64,000 bases of DNA. Source: Raja brachyura. Its lineage: Eukaryota. The notes below the pieces were generated by a model, which saw nothing but the letters and a program-made list of their open reading frames with translations, had not been told where the DNA came from and did not search any database. Shown here piece after piece: positions 41,210 through 51,380 of the stretch. The stretch spans positions 18,910,001-18,974,000 of the forward strand of contig OY740786.1 of the NCBI GenBank assembly GCA_963514005.1, given 5' to 3'. The translations under genes were made by a program, and so were the position numbers. Position 1 is the stretch's first letter, and each line of letters begins with the position of its first letter.

Positions 41210-41228
41210 CTGACGAATAGAATAGAAA

Positions 41229-41889
41229 ATGTTTGGTAAAAAGAAATAGCAAACAAGATGGCTTGGTGCAGGCCAAGCACCCCCGCAATAAGCTGCTGCC
41301 CTCGGTACAGGGGAGCCTGCAGCTGGCCATGCTGCAGGTGGAACCAAGAACCTTGAGTCTTCAAGCTCCTCTAATGCTTTTAATGGGTAACGAGGGAGAA
41401 ATTTATTGTTGTAAATTTCACTCGAATGGATCTGTAGGATTTGAACGACTCGTATTGTTTCGGAAATATATGGCGAGTGCGATAATTATGTTACATTGAA
41501 AGGTCACAGTGGAGCAGTTCTGGAATTGCATTATAACACAAATGGCAGCATGCCTTTTCCAGCATCGAGAGACAAAATTGTAGCAGTGTGGGACTGTGAA
41601 ATGGGTGAAAGAATCAAGAGACGTCAAGGTCACATATCCTTTGTGAATTCATGTTATCCGTACAGGAAGCGACGACAAAACAGTGAAGCTATGGGACATT
41701 CGGTAGGCGGCTGCAATCCATAAGTTTCAAAACACGTACCAAGTACTGGCAGCAACGTTTAATGACACAAAGGATCAGATTTTCTCTGGTGGTATTGGAG
41801 ACGGCATTAAGGTTTGGGACCTCCCACAAAACAAGTTAATTTGGACCGTGCGTGGTCATACAGTCTCAGTGACTGGTTTGACCCTGAGT
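41229..41889 (+). pseudogene. SNRNP40: Processed, 3'-truncated retrocopy of SNRNP40 (U5 snRNP 40 kDa WD40 protein)
   Basis: Collinear peptides LQAPLMLLMGNEGEIYCCKFHSNG, YGECDNYVTLKGHSGAVLELHYNTNGS, AVWDCEMGERIKRRQGHISFVNSCYP, TGSDDKTVKLWDIR, FQNTYQVLAATFNDTKDQIFSGG, IKVWDLPQNKLIWTVRGHTVSVTGLTLS match recalled SNRNP40; no introns; frameshifts, small deletions and a stop. Confidence 0.93.
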
Positions 41890-42105
41890 GGGGTAAAAGA
41901 GAACATCACCAACCTCACTGACCACATCCAGCAAGCCAGAGAGAAGCTTCGAAGGGTCGGAGAACAGTACCACGACGACAACCCCTCGGGAGGATGGTAG
42001 CCTTTCGGGATGTTTGGAGGCTGGTGGACAACAGTGGTGCACTGGGGACTGACCATTGGGACAATCTTGTTGGCCATAATATTATGACGTTGTATATGCA
42101 GATTG
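41890..42105 (+). pseudogene. Remnant of a retroviral env TM subunit (C-terminal heptad, Trp-rich membrane-proximal region, transmembrane helix)
   Basis: Translates GVKENITNLTDHIQQAREKLRRVGEQYHDDNPSGGW*PFGMFGGWWTTVVHWGLTIGTILLAIIL*RCICR; sits just before the PPT and 3' LTR; two N-glycosylation sequons (NIT, NLT). Confidence 0.7.
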
Positions 42106-42197
42106 GCATCACGACCGCGTGGACCTCATTACATCCTGTGGGCAGGATGTAATGAGGTAACGCCTGTAGGCCGGATGTTACGGTAACCAGACTCTTC

Positions 42198-42208
42198 GAG
42201 GGGTGGAA
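42198..42208 (+). promoter_or_regulatory. Polypurine tract
   Basis: GAGGGGTGGAA immediately 5' of the TG that starts the 3' LTR. Confidence 0.8.
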
Positions 42209-42798
42209 TGTTATACGAGAATTTTGCTCAAACAGTCTGTGCCCATAGCGCTGCGGCCGGTAGCGCTATATTTAAAACTCATAGCACTGCAACCAACAGC
42301 TCTTTGCTTAAATCACCACATGCTACGCCAACAGCTTTAATGTTTTGCAAGCCAAACTGGCAGCGCAGTGTGTTTTACTTTACGTGCCAGTCTGCGGCTG
42401 ATAGCGCTCTGTTCCCAAAGGGGGGGGGGGGACTCGCGCGGATGCAGTCCCCTGCCATTGGTTATAGTTTGAATTTGGGAGCAGCGCTATTGGCCAGGAC
42501 ATACCGGCGGTTATTTCAACAGCTGATTTTTTTACCTGTATAAAGGCAGGCGCCAATAAGCCATAATTTAGTTCATGTACGAGAGGGGTTCACCGACGGG
42601 GTGAGTCGCGATCAGCACCGCAGACGGAGGCACAGAGAGAGAAAGAGACGTGTGCTGCTGTTATACGGAACCCGCGCATACCAAGCCAAGTATTGTTTTT
42701 GTTCTCTCTCTTGCCAATAAAACTGATTGTAACTAAACAGACGAGTGAGCCTTTTTCTGTTCTACTAGTCAGATCCTTGAACCTGTTCCCTTGCAACA
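42209..42798 (+). repeat. 3' LTR (590 bp)
   Basis: TG...CA ends; ATTGG boxes; TATA-like GTATAAAG near 42538; AATAAA at 42716-42721; about 120 bp more U3 sequence than the 5' LTR. Confidence 0.9.
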
Positions 42799-42931
42799 AC
42801 CATAAAGGAGGATAAGATGGCAGCTGATGTGATTACATGCCCCACAATCAATAGCACGCACAAAATACCATACACACAATCTCACTCACACTCACTCACA
42901 CTCACACACAATCACGTACACACAGACACAG

Positions 42932-43205
42932 TGGGTGGCACAGTGGTGCTGCAATAGTGAGCCGGAGACCTGGGTTCGATCCTGACTACGGCTGCTGTCT
43001 GTGCAGAGTGTGCTCATTCTCCCTGTGACCGCGTGGGTTTTCTCTGGGTGACCCGGTTTTCTCCCACACTCCAACGACATGCAGGTTTGTAGGTTAATTG
43101 GCTTCTGTAAATTGCCCCTGATTGAACTAGTGTACAGGGGTTATTGGTCGACTCAGTGGGCCAATGGGCCTGCACCACACTGTGTCTCTGAACTAAAAAA
43201 ACTAA
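42932..43205 (+). mobile_element. tRNA-derived SINE abutting the donor of the ARHGEF17 exon at 43222
   Basis: Family head and body; tail ends about 15 nt from the splice donor. Confidence 0.8.
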
Positions 43206-43221
43206 ACACACAAACAAATAC

Positions 43222-43299
43222 CTGTATGAGAGTTCGGAGTGACTCCACGTAAGACTGTTCCGCATCCAGCAGGGTCATCATTACATGCTTTCTCATATC
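43222..43299 (-). CDS. ARHGEF17: ARHGEF17 coding exon (start of DH domain; likely exon 2), DMRKHVMMTLLDAEQSYVESLRTLIQ
   Basis: 78 nt, flanked by cacAG acceptor and GTattt donor on minus strand; peptide matches recalled human ARHGEF17 DMRKHVAMTLLDTEQSYVESLRTLMQ; phase 0/0. Confidence 0.93.
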
Positions 43300-46200
43300 C
43301 TGTGTGAGGGAAAAAAAAACACAATGAGGGATGGCATTAGTGAAGAGCAAGGCGGTGAGCAGTTATGCACTTCACTTTAACATGTTACCGTCTGGAAACA
43401 GTTCCATCGGTGTTATCAACACTCTATTTCCTGGCCCTATAGACCATTAACAGAATTAAACCCAGGCTGCATCAGATGGCTAGTGGTCTGCTGGGCAACG
43501 GATAATTCTCCACTATCACACAAATGGCCTTTGTCAACTGGACAGCATAGGAAATGGGGAGCTCTGCCTAATCACCCAACCCCAAGTCAATGCAATCGCA
43601 TACTGCCATTTGATATCTCCCAACTCAAACAGGTTGAGAATCAAATCTTGAACATGCCTTATCCGTATGGCTCAATTCCAAAGCAATGGGTTGGTCAACT
43701 GTGTTAGTGGAAGAAACCTTGCTCCCTCATCTCAGTCTAGCTGTAATTGAAATGTAAGTGCAACAAGAAAGAAGGATGTGAATATTACTTTTTAATAATG
43801 TGTCTGTCACTTTCCAGAAGCATACAAGAGGGTGGATGCTTATTGCTCCACCTAACTCCAGGTTTACACCAACCTGATCCCAGTATTGCAATGCACAGCA
43901 TGGGTTTCTGATCAATTATATTATCATGTTCTTTGTTCTTGAGTAACAATCAGGATAAACTGCACCAGCTCAATGCCATAATGCCAATTCTAGGATTGTC
44001 CATCCAACAGTTTTAAACTTTGGGCCTTTGCCTTTTACTTCCAGAATGTTTTTGCAGTACTTGTGCAGGTACTGCAATAGTTTTGCACATGGACATTATC
44101 CCAGATTATTCACAACATTGAGAATAATAAACCCATCTGTTAAATTCCTGATTTATTAAAACACCACCCTGAAAACTGTTCGTGCCTGTTTTTTAAAAAA
44201 TGAAAACAAATTGTCTTTTTGTTTTAATTAAAAGTTTGGCCTTAAACGAATCCTTAAATGAATCCCAAATGTTCCAATGATCATATTTTAATTCTATTGA
44301 GTTCATATGGCATATCAGCGGAACTGGATATCAAAACGGTCCAACAACATCAGAGCCAGTTGTTAATCTGTGTAATATATAAAATGATTATGAATGAATT
44401 GCTGCTTTTTCCTCTTGTGAGAACGGAATCCTTCATTCCACTCACAATATCTACAGGCAAGGTGAACAACATCACTGTGCAACAGGAGGGAGCATATAAT
44501 GGTAATATCAAATGGAATATCATTGCAAAAAAAAAACATTTAGCTCCACCTCCAAAAATTAAAGAATGAACAACTTATTTGAAGTTGACCATGACCGTCA
44601 AACTAAATACCCACTGTATCAAAAACAGGAAATGCAGAAACATTAAGCAGATCAGCTTAATCTATGTATGTGGAGAGAGAAACAGAGTCAAACTTTCTGG
44701 TCAATAACCCTTGGTCCAAATTTACTGACCTACAGATTGTTTGGGGCATTTTCTGATTTCGTAAGTTCACAAGTTCAAAAGTTATAGGAGCAGAACTAGG
44801 CCATTCAATTATGGCTGATCTATCTTTCCCTCTCAACCATACAAACACATTTTGTTTCAGATTTCCAATATCTAACTATTTTTTGTTTTAATATCCAACA
44901 TAGCACCTTATTTGAATCATACTGGCTCATCTAAGATGGAATGATTATTTTCATAGATCTGTCTCCATTTATCTGGCACAGAGGTACAGTTGCTGCCTGA
45001 CAACATCAGAGACCCAGGTGTAATGGCCTAATTCTTATTGTATGTCGCGTTGTTACTTGCGAGCGGAGCACCAAGGCAAATTCCTTGTATGTGTACATAC
45101 TTGGTCAATAAACATATTCATTCATTCATTCAGGCATTCATTCCTGACTATGGATGCCGTCTATGACTGCGAGGATTTTCTCCAGGTCCACCGGTTTCTT
45201 CCCACATCTTCAAAGACGTACGGGTTTGTAGATTAATTGTTTTTTTTATTTGTCCCGTGCGTAGGACAGAACTGGTGTACTGGTGATTGTTGGTCGGTGG
45301 AGTCCCCATGCTGTACCTCTCAATTAAACTAATTCCTGAACTGGTGTTAGGAGAACGTATACTGAATGTCAAGTTGTCTGGGGTTAAAACGGAATAGTAG
45401 ATGTTTTGTGAGAAATACTATAAATGTCCCAAAAATCAAAAAAAAATGTTGTGAATGTTGTAGCTATTGCAAATGCCTAATATTTGAGTGGTAAATAGTA
45501 TAGTAAACATTGTACTAAAAATGTCAAGGGTTATGTTTTCTGAATATTGAATATTCACAAACAAGAAAATAAGACATGGTGAGCAAAACTGGCATTTCCC
45601 CATCCCTCACCACCTTCCATTCAAATTCTATTTCCACCAACTGTTTTCTGTACGTTTTCAGAATTTAGTTTAGTTTAGAGATACAGCATGGAAGTAGGCC
45701 CTTCGGCCCACCGAGTCGACGCCTACCATCGATAACCTGCTCACACCTGTTATCCCACTTTTGCATCCAATCCCTACACACAAAGGTTAACCTACAAAGG
45801 TGCACTGGGATGTGGGAAGAAACCGGAGCACCAGGTGGAAACAAACGCGGTTACAGGGAAAAGATTGTCAGGAATTAACCTGGGTCACTGGCGCTTTAAG
45901 GCAATAACTCTACCAACTGTGCCATTGTGCTTAAAAACGCAAGCGAGTGAAGATGCTGGAATATGGACCAAATACAAATGTTTGGAGTAATTTATCGGGT
46001 CAGTCAGCATCTGGGGAGGCATGATGCAGGGTCTTGACCAGAAATGTTGATCATCCTTTTGCCTCTGCAGATGCTGCCTGACCTCCAGCAGTTTGTTTTT
46101 GGCAGAAGAGGAAAGCTCCGTAATAGACGGGAATGTTTCCAAGGGATGACAGATTAATTTTATCCAGACTATTGTGGTGAATGTCATTGTCCATATCCAA

Positions 46201-47039
46201 TTAATACAAGACGTATGATGTGCAAATAAATAATAACTGAAAACATACAATACAAATTTTTTGATAGTAAATTTAGGAATTATACCACAAATATTGGTGA
46301 AAACTGCTGAAAATATAATCCAAACAAGCTGGGCCTCATTTGGAACTATTTCTTATTGCTGCAATGACCAGCAGTGCAGACTGGCCATTATTACAATAAA
46401 TCCCAGCTACAAGTATTTGAATAATCATTTTAATAGCTAGCACAATATTCAGTTACAAATACAGTCAACCGGCAGAACCACTCAGTCCCTTTTAGCCAAA
46501 GCCATGGAAATCCTCATCCAAGATTACAATATCTTGGCAAATGAGTTTTCTTCTTATCAGTACTTAACTACTGATTTAAAAAATGTATATAATCCTCACT
46601 GAATGGATTCATGACTTCAGACTCTAAGACTGGATCTGGAATATGTTTCGTTGCTCCAAATTGATGCAGTTGTTTTATTTTGGAGGCATTTTGTCAAGAG
46701 TCAAGAGAGTTTTATTGTCACATGTCCCAGATAGAACAATGAAAATCTTACTTGCAACAGCACGACAGAATATGTAAACATAGTAGACTGTAAACAATAT
46801 AATAAATGAGAAAAAAAAGTGTGTGTATATATACTTTTATACATATATACTTTATACATATACACAAAAATACATACATATATATATATACACACACACA
46901 TACATACATATATATATACAGACATACATAACTATATCACATTAATCTTTGATAACCAACTCACATTAGATTTTGGGAGAATTACAGTTTTACTGGGGAG
47001 ATGCTCCACTTTATCCATCAGTGGACTTCAAAGACGTCT

Positions 47040-47285
47040 TGTTGAGCCTCATTGTATGTAACTCGTTTTCACCTTGGCCACAGCTAACAATGGTCTGTCT
47101 CCTTTATTGTCATATTTTTTGCATATCTTTCATTCATTCGTTCTATATCACCATCTATATCTCTTGTTTCCCTTTCCCCTGACTCTCAGTCTGAAGAAGG
47201 GTCTCGACCCGAAACGTCACCTATTCCTTTTCTCCAGAGATGCTGTCTGAACTGCTGAGTTAGTCCAGCATTTTGTGTCTCTCTT
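47040..47285 (+). mobile_element. Penelope-derived terminal fragment with the best-preserved hammerhead-like core
   Basis: CTGAAGAAGGGTCTCGACCCGAAACGTC at 47191-47218, followed by the family tail. Confidence 0.7.
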
Positions 47286-48417
47286 CATGCAGTGGCTGAT
47301 TGCCAGGTACAATGGCAATAGAGGCATTAGATCTGAGTGCACTTGTCTTGGGAATCCACTGCAATTGGAATTGTAGAGAGGCTCAGAGTGGGCATTATCA
47401 GGCTGCGCTATGGATTCTTTCCCTCCCCCCTATAAAGATTATTATATTGTGCTGAATGGCCATTCATGTGAGGTCCCTGAAGGGAGCTCACATTTTTGAA
47501 TAAAGGCAATCAAGCCATCTATAAATTTTTGACTTTCCTGTCTTGCTGAACATAAGCTTCAAATAAGTGTAAGATTTAACTGGACCTTCGGGAGCAAAAC
47601 TAGCTTAACACTTCTATTAAGCGTCCACGCAAGTATGACAAATACTCAAACGTTTCTTAGCATTGTTCACTGAATATTGGCGGCATGTCAGTAGCAGAAT
47701 GATGTCTCATATACACGAAAGCCCTTGTGGCAAATCATGGTCAAAACAATTCTTCTACTATAGCAATATACTTGATTTTTATGTGTGCAAATAAACATGT
47801 CTTAAAACATTGAGCTCTTCTGCCTCCAGAAAGGTCACTACCTTATTAGCCTTTCTGTGGCTGGAAATGAATATGAGGACACTGACTCTGTGTGTTACAA
47901 GAGTGATGAACCAAGGCTTCTGCTCCAAATAAATGCTTACAATGGTAGAATAACCCAGTCACATTGGGAAAGCACTTTAAATGTGAAATATATTGTCACC
48001 TCGCACCATGAAAAGCATTGTGACCCTCCTGGACAAATATAATAAAATGCTTGCACAAAACCATTAGGCACAAGTGTAGCCTTGCTGTCTGCTATATCTG
48101 TTCAATCAACCACAATTGGAGAGTGTGGAGAAAACACGCACACGCACACGCATAAAAATTAAATTCTTAGAAGGTTCAACAAAGCAGATATGAGCAATAT
48201 GTTTATCCTGGAGCCTGGAGTTACTCTCTTCATCCCAGTTATCATGTGGGACTATGGTGATGACCTGGCGGTCGATGACTGAGCTTTTTTCACCTTTAAC
48301 TAGGTACAAATCAGTAGTATCGCGTAATACTCTCTAGTTGCTTGGATGAATGCAGCTCCAACGATACTGAAGAAGCTTAACACCATCCAGGAGACAGCAG
48401 CACTTTGAATGGTACCC

Positions 48418-48644
48418 TGTAGCGGCGCCTGCTGGCGCACGCAGATATCGAACCCGGCGTTCCAAAGCCGCGGGCACGTGACTCAGGAGGGGCTGCTGTT
48501 TTTGCGCGGTTTCGGTTTCACACCGCAGTTGTTTTGCTGACCATCGTTGTGATCAGACGTGTATGCAGAGACCTGTTTGCTAAGGAGCGAGTGTCCAATA
48601 AAAAACGTTCAGAAAACGTACTCGTCGTTTCTGCATCCGCTAGA
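48418..48644 (+). mobile_element. Solo LTR (227 bp, probably Gypsy-type) inserted in an older LINE-like fragment
   Basis: Ends TGTAGCGG...CCGCTAGA (inverted, 1 mismatch); 4-bp TSD ACCC; AATAAA at 48597-48602; interrupts a repeat also seen near 20015-20330. Confidence 0.78.
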
Positions 48645-49758
48645 ACCCCATCCACCACCATAACATATTCATTCCTTCGACGACAGGTATATAGTGGCTG
48701 CAGAGTGTACATTGGTGCTCTCCCCACATTACACAAGCAGCATTTTGATCCACAATCGCTACTATAGGTCCACCACCCATTTTCTGGCACCCTTGTTTCC
48801 AAAGCATTTCTGGATTATCCGTTTAGCCAGGCCGACAGAGGTCACGGCTTCGAGAGGAGTCCAACGCTACCGGAATGGTCCACCTAGGCAGCCGAGGAGC
48901 CGAGATATCGGCCCGCAAAGTCGGCCTTGGAAGTCGGCTATGGGAACGGATATGCCAGCTCCAGCCAGGCCAGAGCTCCAGAGCTCCAGAGACCCAGAGC
49001 TCCAGAGCTCCAGAGCCCCAGCCGCTGGGAGAAAATTCAACCCATCAAACGGTGGGGAAGTCCCGATGAGGTCACAATCAGCCACCTCACCCAGCCTAGG
49101 CGTCACATTTCAGGGGGGGCGGGTTGGATTTCACGTGCGGTCTTGGAATTTCGTCCTGGATTAAAGGAGGTGCCGGACCACCAGTTGCCAGAAAATCGGA
49201 GGTGGACATATACTAATAAGGACAAGAGCAGCAAGTACATTGGAACACCACCATCTGTGTCGAGCATAATCCTGACTTGGAAATATTTCTCCTCGACAGC
49301 AAAGTAACCTTCACAAGGGTGGCAAGAGTTCAAGACGGTGCTTCAAGCCAGGGGATGTTCAAATGGGCATCCCAGAACCTTCCTGAAGTCAATGCCAATG
49401 ATGCCCAAATCTCCAAAAAAACAAATGAACAGAATAAAACATCCATCCATTCACTCAATTCAGGTTGGGTCAAATCCAAATTAAACTCTCTCTGACCCGT
49501 CACTGTCTCAACCCAACCAGATTATCATCCACTCCATCACTACGAACCGCACTCTCCCCCAAATTAAAAATGAGAACTCTTGAACACAAACTTCTAAGAA
49601 ATCTGAATTACTTTATAAAAGCTATTTTTTCTGACTGCTATCTTATCCATTGACAGAGGGAGAGAGGAATTTGCTTTTGCCACAAAATAGTAAGATTAAA
49701 CGAGAACTTACCAGTTTGAAGTTTGATCTTTATTTTATGAGGAGTTGCGATGAGGGAT

Positions 49759-49794
49759 TTCGTGAAGAACCCGCCAGCACGCATGCGCGACATA
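49759..49794. repeat. DIRS inverted terminal repeat core (pairs with 54983-55018)
   Basis: TTCGTGAAGAACCCGCCAGCA(C/A)GCATGCGCGACATA, 36 bp with 1 mismatch against the reverse complement of 54983-55018. Confidence 0.93.
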
Positions 49795-49910
49795 CTTCAA
49801 AGCAGCGGTGTGGAATCACAGAACCAAGACCAAGAAATGACTTGTTATAGTAAGATTGAAGAGACTCTAGTTACCAGTTGACTTTATGATCGAGGGTTGG
49901 GAGCGGAGGG

Positions 49911-50023
49911 CACGAAATCCCTCATCGCAACTCCTCATAAAATAAAGATCAAACTTCAAACTGGTAAGTTCTCGTTTAATCTTACTATTTCATTTCGGAG
50001 TCACGTGAGTGACTTCGTGAAGA
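49911..50023. repeat. DIRS internal complementary region (ICR)
   Basis: 49911-49990 is the reverse complement of 49685-49764; 49988-50023 is the reverse complement of 55009-55044; the halves share TTT. Confidence 0.95.
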
Positions 50024-50171
50024 CTTCAAAGCTTCTGTGATTTCACGCCCTGGACAACGTCCATGCTATCACACACGCTACTGAAAGGATGGACAGGAGT
50101 AACCAATTTCCGAAGCTACTATTCTGAAAAATAATAATATTTATTAATAACAACAACAAAGAAAAAACCCC

Positions 50172-51161
50172 TCACTGAGGGGTGAATGTATGTTCTCGGC
50201 CTGCATCTAGCACGGCTCCTGCGAACATTCCAGGTATGGTGACGGGTTTATTATAAAACCGCTGAAAGGTGGCTTCACTGGCCCATCCCGCTGTGGCAAG
50301 TATCTGGTCCATGGGCACCTCCATGACCTTTGCCGCCGACGTAGATGCTGCCCTGGTGGAATGGGATTTAAAAACATCAGTGTCAATACCTGCCTTTTTT
50401 AAGACGATCCTGAGCCATCTGGAGATCGTCTGTGCCGTCACTCTATGGTGAGGTTTTTTGTGGCTGATGAGCAGGTATTGCTCCATTCCCCTTAATTTCC
50501 TCGTCACTTTAATATAGTGGCGGATATGGGTGGCTATGCACAGCCTAGCATCAGCGGGGTATGCTGGAAACACCAGCTGCAGCCCTGTGAATCCAGGTCT
50601 ATGCTGCTTCAGCAATTCATCAATGAAGAAAGTGACCCGCTCAGGGGTAGAGATCATCTTGTCAATATTGGCCTTGTGAAGCGTCTGCACCCTTTGTGCC
50701 GAAGTGAGCGCCATCAACATCACCAACTTCAGGGTGAGTTTGTCCAGTTCAAGCCCAGCCATGGGTGACCACGTCCTGAGTAGGGTCAGTACTTTTCCAA
50801 TATCCCAGGTGATGTTGTAACGGGGCCTTGGCGGGTTGGAATTAAATATTCCCCGCATCAGCTTGGAGACCAGTTTGTTAGATCCTACCTCAATATTGAG
50901 GTAGGATGATAGGGCACTCCTGGCGCTATTGATGGCACTGTAACTGAGATGTTCATCATGGTGTAGCCCCGCAAGAAATTCCAGCACGTCTGTGATGGAG
51001 ACGGAGTCATATGCAATGTCCAGGCGGCCGCAATAGGTTTCCCATTTCCTGATGTGCGATAAGTATTGCCGTCTTGAGGACTCCCTGCATGATGCTCCCA
51101 TGGTATCCATTGTCCTTGATGATAGACCATACTGTAGTAATGGTCTGTTCAAATCCTGCAA
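50172..51161 (-). CDS. DIRS tyrosine recombinase (integrase)
   Basis: 329-aa ORF with catalytic R (SAQRV), HSTR, GW and FQRFY motifs; overlaps the end of the MT domain. Confidence 0.95.
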   Translation of the reverse strand: MQDLNRPLLQYGLSSRTMDTMGASCRESSRRQYLSHIRKWETYCGRLDIAYDSVSITDVLEFLAGLHHDEHLSYSAINSARSALSSYLNIEVGSNKLVSKLMRGIFNSNPPRPRYNITWDIGKVLTLLRTWSPMAGLELDKLTLKLVMLMALTSAQRVQTLHKANIDKMISTPERVTFFIDELLKQHRPGFTGLQLVFPAYPADARLCIATHIRHYIKVTRKLRGMEQYLLISHKKPHHRVTAQTISRWLRIVLKKAGIDTDVFKSHSTRAASTSAAKVMEVPMDQILATAGWASEATFQRFYNKPVTIPGMFAGAVLDAGREHTFTPQ

Positions 51162-51380
51162 GCCAATAGATTCAAGTGACTATAGCAGGGGTGTGGTTTC
51201 CCTGTGACAGGGTTCGTCACCAATTGTGGGCAACCCTCTAAGAGGACCCATGGTTGACTTATCATTCCAAGGACCACCGGATACCATGACTGCGTAGGCC
51301 AGTCGGGTATGATAAGGATGCCCTTAGCAGCATCGAGCTGGATTTTCCGCAATACCCGACTGATGAGGCAAAATGGAGGA
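51149..51380 (-). CDS. C-terminal part of the DIRS N6-adenine methyltransferase-like domain, frameshifted from ORF2
   Basis: PPFCLISRVLRKIQ...ILIIPDWPTQSWYP...LLACRI continues the canonical YAFPPF motif if one C is restored near 51378-51380. Confidence 0.85.

Larger units (their letters stand above)
40720..42798 (+). mobile_element. Non-autonomous endogenous retrovirus (two LTRs, tRNA-Ser PBS, PPT) carrying a captured SNRNP40 cDNA and an env remnant
   Basis: Direct repeats both start TGTTATAC and end TTGCAACA; PBS right after the 5' LTR; purine tract before the 3' LTR; flanks ACCCT (40715-40719) and ACCAT (42799-42803) give a 5-bp TSD with one mismatch. Confidence 0.92.

Noticed and set aside
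41233-41723. Functional SNRNP40 gene
   Set aside because: Intronless, frameshifted, contains a stop and deletions, lacks the last WD repeats, and lies inside LTRs.
48800-49240. CpG-rich segment with AGAGCTCC repeats and 126-156 aa ORFs
   Set aside because: No recognisable protein motif; probably a retroelement UTR fragment, but I cannot support a specific call.
49685-49990. 80-bp inverted repeat as a separate MITE or miRNA hairpin
   Set aside because: Fully explained as the DIRS 3' terminal extension pairing with the ICR.
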